Positions 1 to 10,700 of a DNA stretch of 26,644 nucleotides are shown one piece after another. Origin of the DNA: Gemmatimonadota bacterium (lineage in GTDB: Bacteria > Gemmatimonadota > Gemmatimonadetes > Gemmatimonadales > GWC2-71-9); assembly GCA_039586365.1 (NCBI GenBank), contig JBDHKN010000104.1:1-26644 (forward strand), written 5' to 3'. The notes beneath the pieces were generated by a model. That model was not told the DNA's origin, did not search any database, and saw nothing but the letters and a program-made list of their open reading frames with translations. The stretch's first letter is position 1. Each line of letters starts with the position of its first letter. A program made the position numbers and the translations under genes.

Positions 1-1
1 G

Positions 2-433
2 CAGCACTATCTCTGGCGGGCCGTGGACCAGGATGGGGATGTGATCGACATCCTCGTTCAGAAACATCGCAATGCCAGAGCGGCCAAACGGTTCTTTCGC
101 AAGCTCTTGAAGGGACAAGGAAGCGAACCGTTGAGGCTGGTGACGGACAAGCTGAGGAGCTACTCAGCAGCGCACAGTGAAGTCATTCCTTCGGTGGTCC
201 ACGACACGCGACAGTATGCCAACAATCGCGCTGAGGTGTCGCATCAGCCATCCCGACAACGAGAACGTTTGATGCGACGGTTCAAATCAGCAGGTCAGGC
301 GCAGCGATTCTTGTCGGTTCACGGGGTGGTCCAGAACCTCTTCAGACTTGGGCGGCATCACCTACGATCGGCGAACTACCGGCTGCTACGCGACCGCTCC
401 TTCAGAGTATGGAGTGCGGCTACGGCTGCCTGA
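2..433 (+). CDS. IS6-family DDE transposase, C-terminal part (runs off the window's 5' edge)
   Basis: Frame is open from position 2: QHYLWRAVDQDGDVIDILVQ...LVTDKLRSY...NNRAEVSHQPSRQRERLMRRFKS, the IS6/IS240-type DDE motifs. Confidence 0.95.
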   Translation, partial: QHYLWRAVDQDGDVIDILVQKHRNARAAKRFFRKLLKGQGSEPLRLVTDKLRSYSAAHSEVIPSVVHDTRQYANNRAEVSHQPSRQRERLMRRFKSAGQAQRFLSVHGVVQNLFRLGRHHLRSANYRLLRDRSFRVWSAATAA

Positions 434-475
434 GCAAACCCGGCCACGTCCGGCGTCGACTTCACCCATGGGCCA

Positions 476-491
476 TTAAGTTGACAATGCC
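476..491. mobile_element. Right terminal inverted repeat of the IS6-family element
   Basis: TTAAGTTGACAATGCC (reverse complement GGCATTGTCAACTTAA) 42 nt after the transposase stop; GGCA.TGT end typical of IS6. The left IR is outside the window. Confidence 0.8.
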
Positions 492-518
492 CTCTAGGGT
501 AGTGTTTTGCACCCTTAG

Positions 519-546
519 GAGGTCAGGAAGAGGTCTTGGTGAGGTC
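519..546 (+). repeat. Three GAGGTC direct repeats with exact 11-bp period
   Basis: GAGGTC at 519, 530 and 541. Confidence 0.6.
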
Positions 547-571
547 GCGTCGAACCCGCTCACATAGCTGT

Positions 572-630
572 CTGGCCCTCTCCAGCCGCAGGTCGTAGCT
601 TAGAGCGGGGCCCAGAGGAGTCGCCGTATG
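572..630 (+). promoter_or_regulatory. Conserved kinase leader, copy 1 (putative promoter + RBS)
   Basis: CTGGCC(572)-18 nt-TAGCTT(596)...CAGAGGAGTCGCCGTATG; same block at 3014 and 7695. Confidence 0.7.
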
Positions 631-2795
631 GCCGACATTCTGGACCGTCTCAAAGTGGTGGGATGGCCACGGTCTATCTAGCTCAGGACCTCAAGCATGA
701 CCGGCAAGTCGCGCTCAAGGTCATGCGTCCTGAACTCTCTGCGATCCTCGGCGGTGAGCGGTTCCTCAGAGAGATCCGCATTGCCGCGAAGCTCAACCAT
801 CCGCACATCCTACCGCTCCATGATTCTGGTGAAGCTGACTCCTTCCTCTATTACGTGATGCCCCACATTGATGGTGAGTCGCTGCGTCAACGACTGAGTC
901 GAGAGACTCAACTCTCTATCGATGTTGCGCTGCGCATCACTGAAGAGGTTGCGTCGGCACTCGACTACGCACATCGCCACGACGTGATTCACCGGGACAT
1001 CAAGCCCGAGAACATCCTGCTGCATGAAGGTGAGGCAGTCGTTGCGGACTTCGGGATTGCGCTAGCCGTCAGGGCGGCCGGTGGCGAGCGGCTCACGGAA
1101 ACGGGACTGTCGCTTGGCACGCCGGCCTACATGAGTCCGGAACAGGTCGTGGGGGAGCAACAGCTAGACGGCCGAGCGGACATCTATTCGCTGGCGTGTG
1201 TGCTGTATGAGATGTTGGTCGGTGAGCCTCCGTTCACGGGACCCAACCCACAGGCCGTGTTGGCGCGGCACATGGCCGCTACCGTGCCGTCTATCACCAC
1301 GGTGCGTTCGGCGGTGCCTCAACCGGTCGCTGCTGCCATCGAGAAGGCCTTGGGCAAGGCGCCCGCGGATCGTTACGAGTCGGCGAGCGCGTTTTGCGCA
1401 GCGCTGTTTGCGACAGAAGCCCAGCCGGAGCAGAAGTCGATTGCGGTGCTACCGTTTGCCAACATGAGTGCTGATCCGGAGAACGAGTATTTCAGCGACG
1501 GTATCAGCGAGGAGATCATCAATGCGCTGACCAAGCTGCGTGATCTGCGGGTGGCAGCGCGGACGTCGTCGTTCACATTCAAGGGCAAGACTGCTGACAT
1601 CAAGGAGGTGGGGAGCAAGCTTCAGGTGGCGACGGTGTTGGAGGGGAGTGTGCGCAAGGCGGGCAACAGGCTCAGGATCACTGCACAGCTGATCAACGTG
1701 GCCGATGGTTATCATCTCTGGTCCGAGCGGTATGACCGTGAGCTGGACGACGTGTTCGCCATACAGGACGAGATTGCGGGCGCAGTAGTAGAGCAGCTCA
1801 AGGTCTCGCTGCTCGGCGCGCCGGAAGCCGGAGCGCGTGCGGGTCACACGGACGATCTCGAGGCGTACGAGTTGTATTTGCGGGGCCGCTACTCCTTGAA
1901 GCAGCGGGGCCCGGGGGTACAGAAGGCGCTCGAGTATTTCCAGCAGGCGGTGGAGCGCGATCCCGAGTATGCGCTCGCTCACGCAGGCATGGCGCAAGCA
2001 TATGCCGTTATCGGGGCCACATGGGGGAAGAAGCGACACGACGCGTTCCCGAGAGGCAAGGCTGCGACACTGCGTGCTCTCGAGCTCGACCCGCAGCTGG
2101 CGCTGGCACATGCATGCTTGGGATATATCGCGTTTTGGTACGACTGGGATTGGGCGCTGGCCGAGCGCGAGTTGCTCCGGGCCATCGAGCTCGATCCGCA
2201 AGAGGCGGACGCGCACTTCTCGTATGGATTCTACCTAGGCTATATCAAGGGCGATTGGGACGCTGCGATCCAGCGCCTGCGCCACGCCCGCGCACTCGAT
2301 CCGCTTTCGGTAGTGGCACTCGCCCAAGTTGGCGCCGCGCTGATTCAATGTGGCCGCCCTGAGGAGGGGCTGGTGGAGCTGGAGAGAGCGCTCGAGGTGG
2401 CGCCGGAGTCCTCCGCCGTCCACTGGTACAGAGGAATGGCTTACCGGAGGTTGTCGCGCTACGAAGAGGCCACTGTCGCACTGGAACGGGCGATCTCGCT
2501 CTCGGGAGGACAATTGTTCGCTCTGGGGGATCTGGCCGTTACGCACGTCAAAGCTGGTCGCCTCGACCAGGCTCAGGCCATCCTCGATGAGGGAGTGTTG
2601 TGTGAGGAACAGCCGCTATATGCAGCGATTGTGTACGGAGCGATGGGTAATAGCGATGCCGCATTCGAGATGCTGGACAGAGCATATGAGCAACGGGATG
2701 GACTCTTGCCAATGAGGATGTGGCAACAGGACGTGCAGCTGAATTGGGACGACCCGCGCCACCAGGATCTGATGCGGCGGCTGGCCTTGCCGTGA
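628..2795 (+). pseudogene. Ser/Thr protein kinase + TolB-N-like + TPR protein with a frameshifting N-terminal deletion (residual ORF 663..2795)
   Basis: ATG628 encodes MADILDRLK as in the paralogs but is only 35 nt from MATVY (78 nt in paralogs) and hits TAG at 679-681. ORF 663..2795 keeps VALK, HRDIKPEN, DFG, GTPAYMSPEQ, SIAVLPFANMS and TPRs. Confidence 0.85.
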
Positions 2796-3013
2796 GCGAG
2801 GGCGGTCTGGTGGGAGGGCGGTAGGACCGCCCGATGCCACTCTTGGGCGGAAAGGCGGACAGATGTGGATGATGCTGCATGACTCTTGTGAGTCCCGGGC
2901 TGAGGAGGCCGGGCTCGGCTGCCTACGTGGTAGTGCGTCCTTCAAGGACGCTTTTCTCAGCCGAGCGCGCTCTCGTCAGGGCACGACTGCGCCGCACCGG
3001 TGCCAATCCCAAC

Positions 3014-3072
3014 CTGGCCCTCTCCAGTGCCAACCCGTAGCCTAGAGCGGGACACAGAGGAGTCGCCGTATG
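3014..3072 (+). promoter_or_regulatory. Conserved kinase leader, copy 2
   Basis: CTGGCC(3014)-18 nt-TAGCCT(3038)...CAGAGGAGTCGCCGTATG. Confidence 0.7.
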
Positions 3073-5346
3073 GCCGACATTCTGGACCGCCTCAAGACCG
3101 CCCTGGCCGACCGCTACACCATTGAGCGGGAGCTCGGTTCCGGTGGGATGGCTACGGTCTACCTTGCAGAAGACCTGAAGCACCACCGCAAGGTTGCCAT
3201 CAAAGTCCTCCGGCCTGAACTCGCAGCTTCCATCGGCGCTGGTCGTTTCCTCCGCGAAATACGGATCACCGCCAACTTGAACCACCCGCACATCTTGCCT
3301 CTGCTCGACTCGGGAGCAGCAGAAGGGTCCCTCTACTACGTCATGCCTCTGGTGGAGGGTGAATCGCTTAGAGACCGCCTGAACCGAGAGCTAGAGCTTC
3401 CAGTCGATGACGCAGTGAAGATCGCGTTGGAGGTGGCGGATGCCCTGGGCTATGCCCACGCTCACAATGTGATCCATCGAGACGTGAAGCCCGAGAACAT
3501 CATGTTGGAGGCGGGTCACGCTGTTGTTGCTGACTTTGGGATTGCACGTGCAGTGAGTGAGGCTGGTGGTGTACGGCTGACCGACACTGGGATCGCGATT
3601 GGGACTCCAGCCTACCTGAGTCCCGAACAGGCAAGTGGTGATCAAGAGTTGGATGGTCGGAGCGATCTGTACAGTCTAGGTTGCGTGTTGTACGAGATGC
3701 TCGTCGGCGAGCCCCCTTTCACTGGACCCAACGTGCAGACCGTCATCGCCAAGAAGATGTCGCAAACCCCAGCCGACGTGACCAGCATCCGCGACTCAGT
3801 CCCGGCGTATGTGGGCCAAGTCGTCACTACGCTGCTGGCGCGTACAAAGGTCGACCGCTACGCCACAGGCGCGGTGTTGGTGGAGGCAATCAGGTCCGGG
3901 GAAGTGGGGGCAAAGGTTCAGCCTGCGGATTTCAGGTCGGTTGCCGTACTTCCGTTCGCGAATCTGAGCGCTGATCCCGACAACGAGTATTTCAGCGACG
4001 GCATCACGGAGGAGATCATTAATGCACTGTCGAGGTTTCCGGATCTCCACGTAGTTGCGCGTACATCTGCATTTGCGTTTAAGGGGAAGAGTGAAGATTT
4101 GCGAGCGGTCGGCGATAAGCTCAATGTGAGCAAAGTGCTTGAAGGAAGCGTTCGCAGAGAAGGTGATCGTCTTCGAATTACCGCGCAGCTAGTCAACGTC
4201 GCGGATGGCTACCACCTCTGGTCGGAGCGGTACGACCGGGAGGTGCACGATGTCTTTGCCATTCAGGACGAGATCGCGACAGCGATCTCAGACCGTCTAC
4301 GAGTGACTCTAAGCGATGCGGCTGTATCAGCCGTCAAGCCGGCGACGAGCAAGGTCGATGCGTACGACTTGTATCTCCGGGGCCGTTATGAATGGTCCCG
4401 GCGCGGCCAGGGGCTTGTCAAAGCGCTGGAGTCATTCCAGAAAGCATTGGAGCTCGATCCAGCTTTTGCACTGGCGCATGCAGGTGTTGGCGAAAGCTAT
4501 GTCCTTTTCGCGTTTTATGGCATGATGCGCCCAAAGGATGCAGTACCGGAGGCGAAGCGCGCCGCGCATCGGGCTATGGAATTGGACGCATCACTCGCCG
4601 CACCGCACGCGGTGTTGGCTTTCGCCTCCTACCTATCCGACTGGGATTGGAATAGCGCTGAGTACCACTTCAGCAAAGCTCACGAACTCGAACCACATTA
4701 CCTACCAGCTCTGTACTGGGAGAGCGGATACCGTTCGCTCGTCGCCATGAACATTGGACGCTCGTCCATAGATGCTGCGCTTGAGAGCGCCAGCAAAGCC
4801 ACAAAGCTTGATCCCCTAGCGTGGCAACCGCACCTGGGGGCTGCGTGGAGCTACATGGCCAGCCGACGTTTCGACGATGCGATCCGAGTAGTCCACGACA
4901 TGATTGAGGTCGACGGAGCGGCATCTCGGGACACCGACCGGCGAAGCTTGTTCATAGGTCATTTCGTGATGGCCAGTGTGTTTCGTTGGTCGGGTCGATA
5001 CCGTGAGTCGATCAGCGCTGCACATACTGCGATTCACTTGTCGGGTGGACATCAGTGGACCGTTGCTGACCTCGGCCTGTCTTATGCCAAGGCCGGCCGT
5101 ATGAAGGATGCGGCGAGCCTATACAACGAACTAGTTGAGCGGTCTGAGTCCGAGTACGTGCAGCAAAGCATACTGGCACCTCTCGCGGCGGCCGTTGGGG
5201 AACGAGACGCTGCGCTGCACCATCTCGAGCGCGCAGTTGAAGATAACGATACACATCTCATCTTCGCGAAGACATGGCCCGACTATGATCCGCTTCGCGG
5301 CGATCCTAGGTTCGATGACGTGCTTCGCCAAATGGGACTGCTCTGA
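3070..5346 (+). CDS. Hanks-type Ser/Thr protein kinase with TolB-N-like domain and TPR repeats (cytoplasmic)
   Basis: LGSGGMATVY, VAIK, HRDVKPEN, DFG, GTPAYLSPEQ; SVAVLPFANLSADPDNEYFSDG; TPRs; C-terminal DPLRGDPRF..L; GAGGAG RBS. Confidence 0.95.
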   Translation: MADILDRLKTALADRYTIERELGSGGMATVYLAEDLKHHRKVAIKVLRPELAASIGAGRFLREIRITANLNHPHILPLLDSGAAEGSLYYVMPLVEGESLRDRLNRELELPVDDAVKIALEVADALGYAHAHNVIHRDVKPENIMLEAGHAVVADFGIARAVSEAGGVRLTDTGIAIGTPAYLSPEQASGDQELDGRSDLYSLGCVLYEMLVGEPPFTGPNVQTVIAKKMSQTPADVTSIRDSVPAYVGQVVTTLLARTKVDRYATGAVLVEAIRSGEVGAKVQPADFRSVAVLPFANLSADPDNEYFSDGITEEIINALSRFPDLHVVARTSAFAFKGKSEDLRAVGDKLNVSKVLEGSVRREGDRLRITAQLVNVADGYHLWSERYDREVHDVFAIQDEIATAISDRLRVTLSDAAVSAVKPATSKVDAYDLYLRGRYEWSRRGQGLVKALESFQKALELDPAFALAHAGVGESYVLFAFYGMMRPKDAVPEAKRAAHRAMELDASLAAPHAVLAFASYLSDWDWNSAEYHFSKAHELEPHYLPALYWESGYRSLVAMNIGRSSIDAALESASKATKLDPLAWQPHLGAAWSYMASRRFDDAIRVVHDMIEVDGAASRDTDRRSLFIGHFVMASVFRWSGRYRESISAAHTAIHLSGGHQWTVADLGLSYAKAGRMKDAASLYNELVERSESEYVQQSILAPLAAAVGERDAALHHLERAVEDNDTHLIFAKTWPDYDPLRGDPRFDDVLRQMGLL

Positions 5347-5350
5347 ACCG

Positions 5351-5600
5351 GTTAGACATCACGGGTGCGCTGCTGGTTCGCTGGCCCTAGCCAGAATGGC
5401 GGAGGACCGAGAATTGCTCGACGACAGCGAGGACGTGGGCGAGGCCGGGCATACCGATGATGAGGTGCGGGAACTGCTCGGAGGCGGGGGCTGATCTCTC
5501 TACGTGGCTCCACTTCGCAGTCTCGGAAGACGTGCCCGTCGAGTTGTGGGCGGGTGGCCTGAGCGATGCCTAACGGCTCCGCGTTTGAGCTGACGGGTAC
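5351..5600 (+). other. Possible degenerate integron-type cassette remnant with attC-like half site
   Basis: GTTAGAC at 5351; broken reading frame ending ...ELWAGGLSDA* whose TAA lies inside GCCTAAC (5568-5574), followed by GGCTCCGCGTTTGAGCTGACGG. No clean complementary right arm found. Confidence 0.3.
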
Positions 5601-5868
5601 CGCCCACCAGGCGCGCGTATCACCGGCCAGCTACGCTTCTCTAGCCACGCGTTCATATCAACGCCACATCGCGCCTGGGATGTTCCCTCGGTTTTGTAGA
5701 CACCCGTGTTCTACGCAGCTCGCGACTCGTAGTCAACCGGCGAACGATACCCCAGTGCTGAGTGCAAGCGCTGGTGGTTGTAGTAGCGCACGTAGCGCGA
5801 ACCACGTTCGTCGCCTTTGGACTAGTTCACTCCCTTGACTCGGCACTCCTTAATGGTGTTAGGCCGCC

Positions 5869-6681
5869 CTACCTGAGAAAAGTTGCCAGACTATACACCC
5901 CCCAGAGATTGAATAGACAGTGAACCACCACCCCAATTCGCCAATTCTTCCTAGCCACGACAACATAAGAGATTGGGACAAAAGCAAGAAAGATGCCGAG
6001 CACATTCCCGGGGAAGTAGAAGTGGTATGCAGCAAACAGGAGCGAGTTGACGACCGGAGCTGCCCATCCCCACTGTTCCATTCTTGGAAGAAGAAACCCA
6101 CGGAAATACAGTTCCTCCACAACTGGCGCGACGAAGCCAGATAGGATTACCGCTAGGCCAAGCGTGATTGATTGCTGAGTGGAATTACTACTGGCAAACC
6201 CATCGATGAGCGATGCTTGCGTAGCCCACGCCGGAAGCCAGACAGACAGATGGGTTTCGAGATACAGAGAGACGGGAGCGACCGCAATCGACAAGACACT
6301 CCAGAAAATGAACAGGAAAAGAGGCACCACCAGGTAGTCGACCGCTGTTCCGCGCTGGCGATAGCCTATTGTCTCCAACAAGGAATTCCTTCCTCCAGTT
6401 CTCGCGCCCCAGAGAAGCATTACGCCGATCTCCACCGGTACCAGACAAACCGGAATCGCTACCAGAAGGGCGAGGTATCCAGTGAGTCCCCAACGGATAA
6501 ACAACCGCGAGAGAGCAAAGAAAACTCCGGCGAATATGAGACCCGGTACCAGGTGAAGTGCAACTAGTAGCGGCCCCGAGATCTTGATCTGCCCATTCTC
6601 TTCGAAATGTTCCATCATTGCGGTCGTCCCCATAGATGCTTTAGACACGGGCGGTTTAGCTAGCATTCTGCTGACCAGCAT
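5869..6681 (-). CDS. CPBP/CAAX-family (Abi) intramembrane glutamic endopeptidase
   Basis: Multiple hydrophobic helices; EELYFRG, FAAYH and HCLFN motifs. True start may be ATG at 6633 or 6618. Confidence 0.92.
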   Translation of the reverse strand: MLVSRMLAKPPVSKASMGTTAMMEHFEENGQIKISGPLLVALHLVPGLIFAGVFFALSRLFIRWGLTGYLALLVAIPVCLVPVEIGVMLLWGARTGGRNSLLETIGYRQRGTAVDYLVVPLFLFIFWSVLSIAVAPVSLYLETHLSVWLPAWATQASLIDGFASSNSTQQSITLGLAVILSGFVAPVVEELYFRGFLLPRMEQWGWAAPVVNSLLFAAYHFYFPGNVLGIFLAFVPISYVVVARKNWRIGVVVHCLFNLWGVYSLATFLR

Positions 6682-7202
6682 ATGCAGCTACGTGGCTTCA
6701 TTTCTGCGATCTAGCACCCAGAGTCGCTGCCGGGCACACGCACAAAATCTCTGGCCGCTTTGAGTTACGTGTCGACCCACTCGCAGCTACAGTGTGATAT
6801 GCTGCATGGGGCGTGCTCGATAACATGCTAGCCCGTTTCAACCGATGTCAGAAGGTGTTTGGTCCCGAGACCAGCGGTGCGGCGAGAGGGAATCGGCTGG
6901 ACTGCACGTCCAGCGCCGGGTAGGAGGCACTGCGAGCCCTACATGCTTCGTCTGGCCCACACAGCGAGTAGTCCGTCGGTTGAAAGCGGGACGAGACCCT
7001 AGTTCGTCCCCAGCGCACCCAAGAGCGTGGTTGCTCCGGGCAGCGCGGGCGAATAGTACTCAGCCACGATTTCCACGATCGCCTCGGCGGTCTTCTCGAC
7101 GGCGTCACCTACTCCGCGAGACCTCACCTTACCAACCTCTGACACATCCGCTGATATTTCAGTTGTCTCGGAGTCGCCCTCCAAAACAGATAGGAGGGGT
7201 GT

Positions 7203-7673
7203 ATGCGCCGTCTCGTACTTGCCGCCGTACCTTTCGCCCTTCTGGCCGCCGCCTGTCAGCCCGCCACAACGAGACCTGACTTCAGTGGCACTTGGAGATT
7301 CGATCCGACAAGAAGCGTCCTGCAGTCGCCGTCACCCGATTCTTCGGTATTCGTGATCGACCACCGCGAACCCCAGTTCCACCTGTCGCGGACCCACTTC
7401 TTTGGTGCAGACCGTGACACGTTCGCGATAGATCTGACCACCGATGGAGCTGAAGTGGAGCGCAGCTATGACAACTTCCAGCTTCGCGGTCGTGGCATGT
7501 GGGATGGTGAAGTACTGGTGTTCGAAGCGACGTTGCTGATTGAAGGCGAGCAGGCCAGCGATTTGGTCAGGTACAGTCTCGCACCAGAGGGTAGTACGCT
7601 AATAGCGGAAGAACATTTCGTGATGGGACAGGTCAGTCACGAAAACAAGTGGGTATTCGAAAAGCGGAACTGA
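7203..7673 (+). CDS. Putative lipoprotein, lipocalin-like beta-barrel hypothetical protein
   Basis: AGGAGG RBS; signal peptide with lipobox LAAAC; PDFSGTW motif followed by alternating beta-strand pattern. Confidence 0.8.
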   Translation: MRRLVLAAVPFALLAAACQPATTRPDFSGTWRFDPTRSVLQSPSPDSSVFVIDHREPQFHLSRTHFFGADRDTFAIDLTTDGAEVERSYDNFQLRGRGMWDGEVLVFEATLLIEGEQASDLVRYSLAPEGSTLIAEEHFVMGQVSHENKWVFEKRN

Positions 7674-7694
7674 GCCTTAGTGCTGAACGCCAAT

Positions 7695-7753
7695 CTGGCC
7701 TCTCTGAGCACCAACCCATAGCTTAGAGCGGGACCCAGAGGAGTGGCCGTATG
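7695..7753 (+). promoter_or_regulatory. Conserved kinase leader, copy 3
   Basis: CTGGCC(7695)-18 nt-TAGCTT(7719)...CAGAGGAGTGGCCGTATG. Confidence 0.7.
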
Positions 7754-10700
7754 GCCGACATTCTGGACCGCCTCAAAGCTGCACTGGCTGACCGCTACCG
7801 GATCGAGCGAGAGCTTGGATCGGGTGGGATGGCTACTGTGTACCTGGCGCAGGATCTCAAGCACGAGCGCCAGGTAGCCGTCAAGGTCTTGCGTCCAGAA
7901 CTAGCGGCCGCGTTGGGCCCCGAGCGGTTCCACCAAGAGATCAAGATCGCGGCCAACCTCACTCATCCCCACATCCTGCCGCTTCATGATTCTGGTGACG
8001 CCGATGGCTTCCTCTACTACGTCATGCCGCATATCGAGGGCGAATCTCTACGGGGCAGGCTGGCTCATCAGGGCGAGCTACCTATTGGAGAAGCGGTCAG
8101 AATTTTGAGAGATGTAGTCGACGCTCTTGATCACGCACACAAGCACGGAGTGGTACACAGAGATATCAAACCCGACAACGTGATGCTGTCGGAACGTCAC
8201 GCGCTGGTAACCGATTTCGGAGTTGCCAAGGCCGTGAGTGAAGCGACGGGTGCCCAGAAGCTAACAACCGAAGGCGTAGCACTAGGCACACCGGCCTACA
8301 TGTCACCGGAACAGGCCGCTGCGGACAAGCACATCGATCACCGGGCAGACATATACGCCGTGGGTGCTTTGGCATACGAGCTACTTGCGGGCCGTCCTCC
8401 ATTCATCGGGACGACGCCGCAGGAGGTGTTGGCTGCGCACGTCACGCAAGCGGTGGAACCGGTGACGAAATACCGGGAGAAAGTACCGCCAGCACTTGAG
8501 CAGTTGGTGATGCGGTGCTTGGAGAAGAAGCCGGCTGACAGATGGCAGAGTGCGGAGGAACTGTTGCCCCAACTAGAGGCCCTGACAACGCCGAGCGGAG
8601 GAATCACCCCAACCGGGACGCAGCCCCTCGCAGCCACGGACTACGAGGCAATGGCCCGACGCGCTCGTCCTGCACGGGTTGCGGTTCTGTTCGGGCTTGG
8701 ATCGGTCGCCTTGCTTGCTGTTGTCTACGGCCTAGTCATGCTGCTCGGACTCCCAGACTGGGTGTTCGTAACAGCCGTCGCTCTAATCGTCGTCGCACTC
8801 CCCGTCATCCTTTTGACGGGCCGCCACGAGCGCCAGCGCGCTCTGGCGCGCACGACCGGAGCTGCCGTAACCACCCCTGCCGGCGGACTGCGGCGGTGGC
8901 TCCGCTGGCGCAGAGCCTTCGTTATCAGCGCCTTGGCGTTCGCAGGACTTGGGCTCGTAACCGCCGTCTACATGACGATGCGGGTGCTGGGAATCCGGCC
9001 GGTGGGCACGCTCGTCACGTCGGGGGTGCTGGACCAGCAGGAGCGGCTCATCCTGACCGATTTCGAGAATGCGACGGGCGATCCCCGGATGGGCGAGACG
9101 ATAACGGAGCTACTACGAATAGACCTGGCCCAGTCGCCGATCATCTCTGTCCTGGAGCCGCGGCAGGTTGGCGACGTGCTGGAGCGGATGCAACGTGACC
9201 AGTTGGAGCCGTTGACTGAGGACCTTGCCCGGAATGTTGCCACACGCGAGGGTATCAAGGTCTACGTTGCTGGCGACATCCACCCTGTGGGAGATGGATT
9301 CGTCATCTCGGCTCGCCTGATTGCAGCGGGCAGCGGGGATGCGCTTGTTGTTGCACGTGAGACTGCAGACGGTCCCAGCGAACTGATTGTGGCCGTCGAC
9401 AGACTCTCTGCAACCCTCAGGGAGCGGATAGGTGAGTCGCTCCGAAGTGTGCGGGCTGATCCGCCGCTGGCGCGTGTCACCACCAGCTCGATCGAGGCCC
9501 TGCGACTGTACTCGCAGGCACGGAGGGTTGCCGATCAAGGTGACTACGATCGGGCAATTGCGTTGCTGGAAGAGGCGACGAATCTGGATTCGACCTTCGC
9601 CATGGCCCACCGCCGACTGGGCGCCTACTACGGCAACCGGGGTGACTTCCAGAGCGAAGCGAGGGGAAGGGAAGCGCTGCGTCGAGCTTACGCACTGCGC
9701 GACCGGCTGTCCGATCGCGAGCGGTACCTCGTCGAAGGAATGTATGCTAGGAACGTAGCGCTCGATGATGAGAAAGCTGTCACTGCATATCTAGCGTTGC
9801 TTGAGAAGTATCCGCTGGATCCAACCGGCCTGAACAATGTTTACGTTTCCTACAGTGCCCTCGGTAGGACAGACGAGGCTGACGAGGCACTACGGCGGGC
9901 AATCGCGGCCGACGTTGCCCCTGTCATCTCCTATACGAACCTCATCGCGGATCGACTGTGGGCCGGGGATGTGCGTGAGGCTGACAGCGTTCTCCAGCTA
10001 CTTGAGGAACGGTTCCCCGGTAGTCTCGAGATCCCGCGACGCGCTTCGAACGTTGCCCTCGCTCGGCACGACTGGGAGATGGCAGAGGCGAGGGCGAGGG
10101 AGCTCTTGAACGCGTCACCCAACCAGCAGCAATGGGCCCATAGTCGGCTGGCGGAGGTCGCGCAAGTCCACGGTCAGATGGCCAGAGCAAGCCAGGAGCG
10201 CCGCGAGAGGTTCCGGATCGGGGCACAGCGGGTGGGTATGTCAGTCGAAGAACGGGACCTCCGGATGGAGTTTGATGATCTGGGGCGACAGCTCACGTAC
10301 GCCCTGGACCCCACGGCCCTGGCGCCACGGCTGGACCGAATCTGGGAACGCTTCAGGGCCATGACCGCCGACAGGGAACCGGCTCAACGGGGTTACGGCG
10401 ACTTCATCCCGGCGTTCGCCCGCGCTGGTCGGCCGGTAGCGGCGAGTGAACTTCTGGCCGAGTACCGGGCAGCACTCAGTGAGCAGGAGCGCGCCGATCT
10501 TCTCACGCGGTCCAGCCTTCTCCGATACGAAGGGCAGGTGGCATTGGCCGACGGCCGACCAGAGGACGCAGTTGGGTTGTTCCGCCAGTCCTGTGACCTA
10601 GTTCGTGGGATGGTCGCCCTATGCGAGGCCAATCCTGAACTCGGAGAAGCCTACGAACGGGCCGGCAACGCCGATTCTGCGCTCGCTGTATACGAACGGT

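Noticed and set aside
2814..2832. GGGCGGT-AGG-ACCGCCC hairpin after kinase 1 as a terminator
   Set aside because: Short stem with no U-tract; insufficient support.
2923..3291. Recurrent antisense ORFs at the kinase starts (also 7637..7864 and 10816..11346) with mutually similar sequences
   Set aside because: Their similarity is simply the reverse complement of the conserved kinase N-lobe; no independent coding signal.
5568..5864. A single complete attC from GCCTAAC to GTTAGGC
   Set aside because: 297 nt is well beyond the usual attC length and only the 7-nt cores are complementary.
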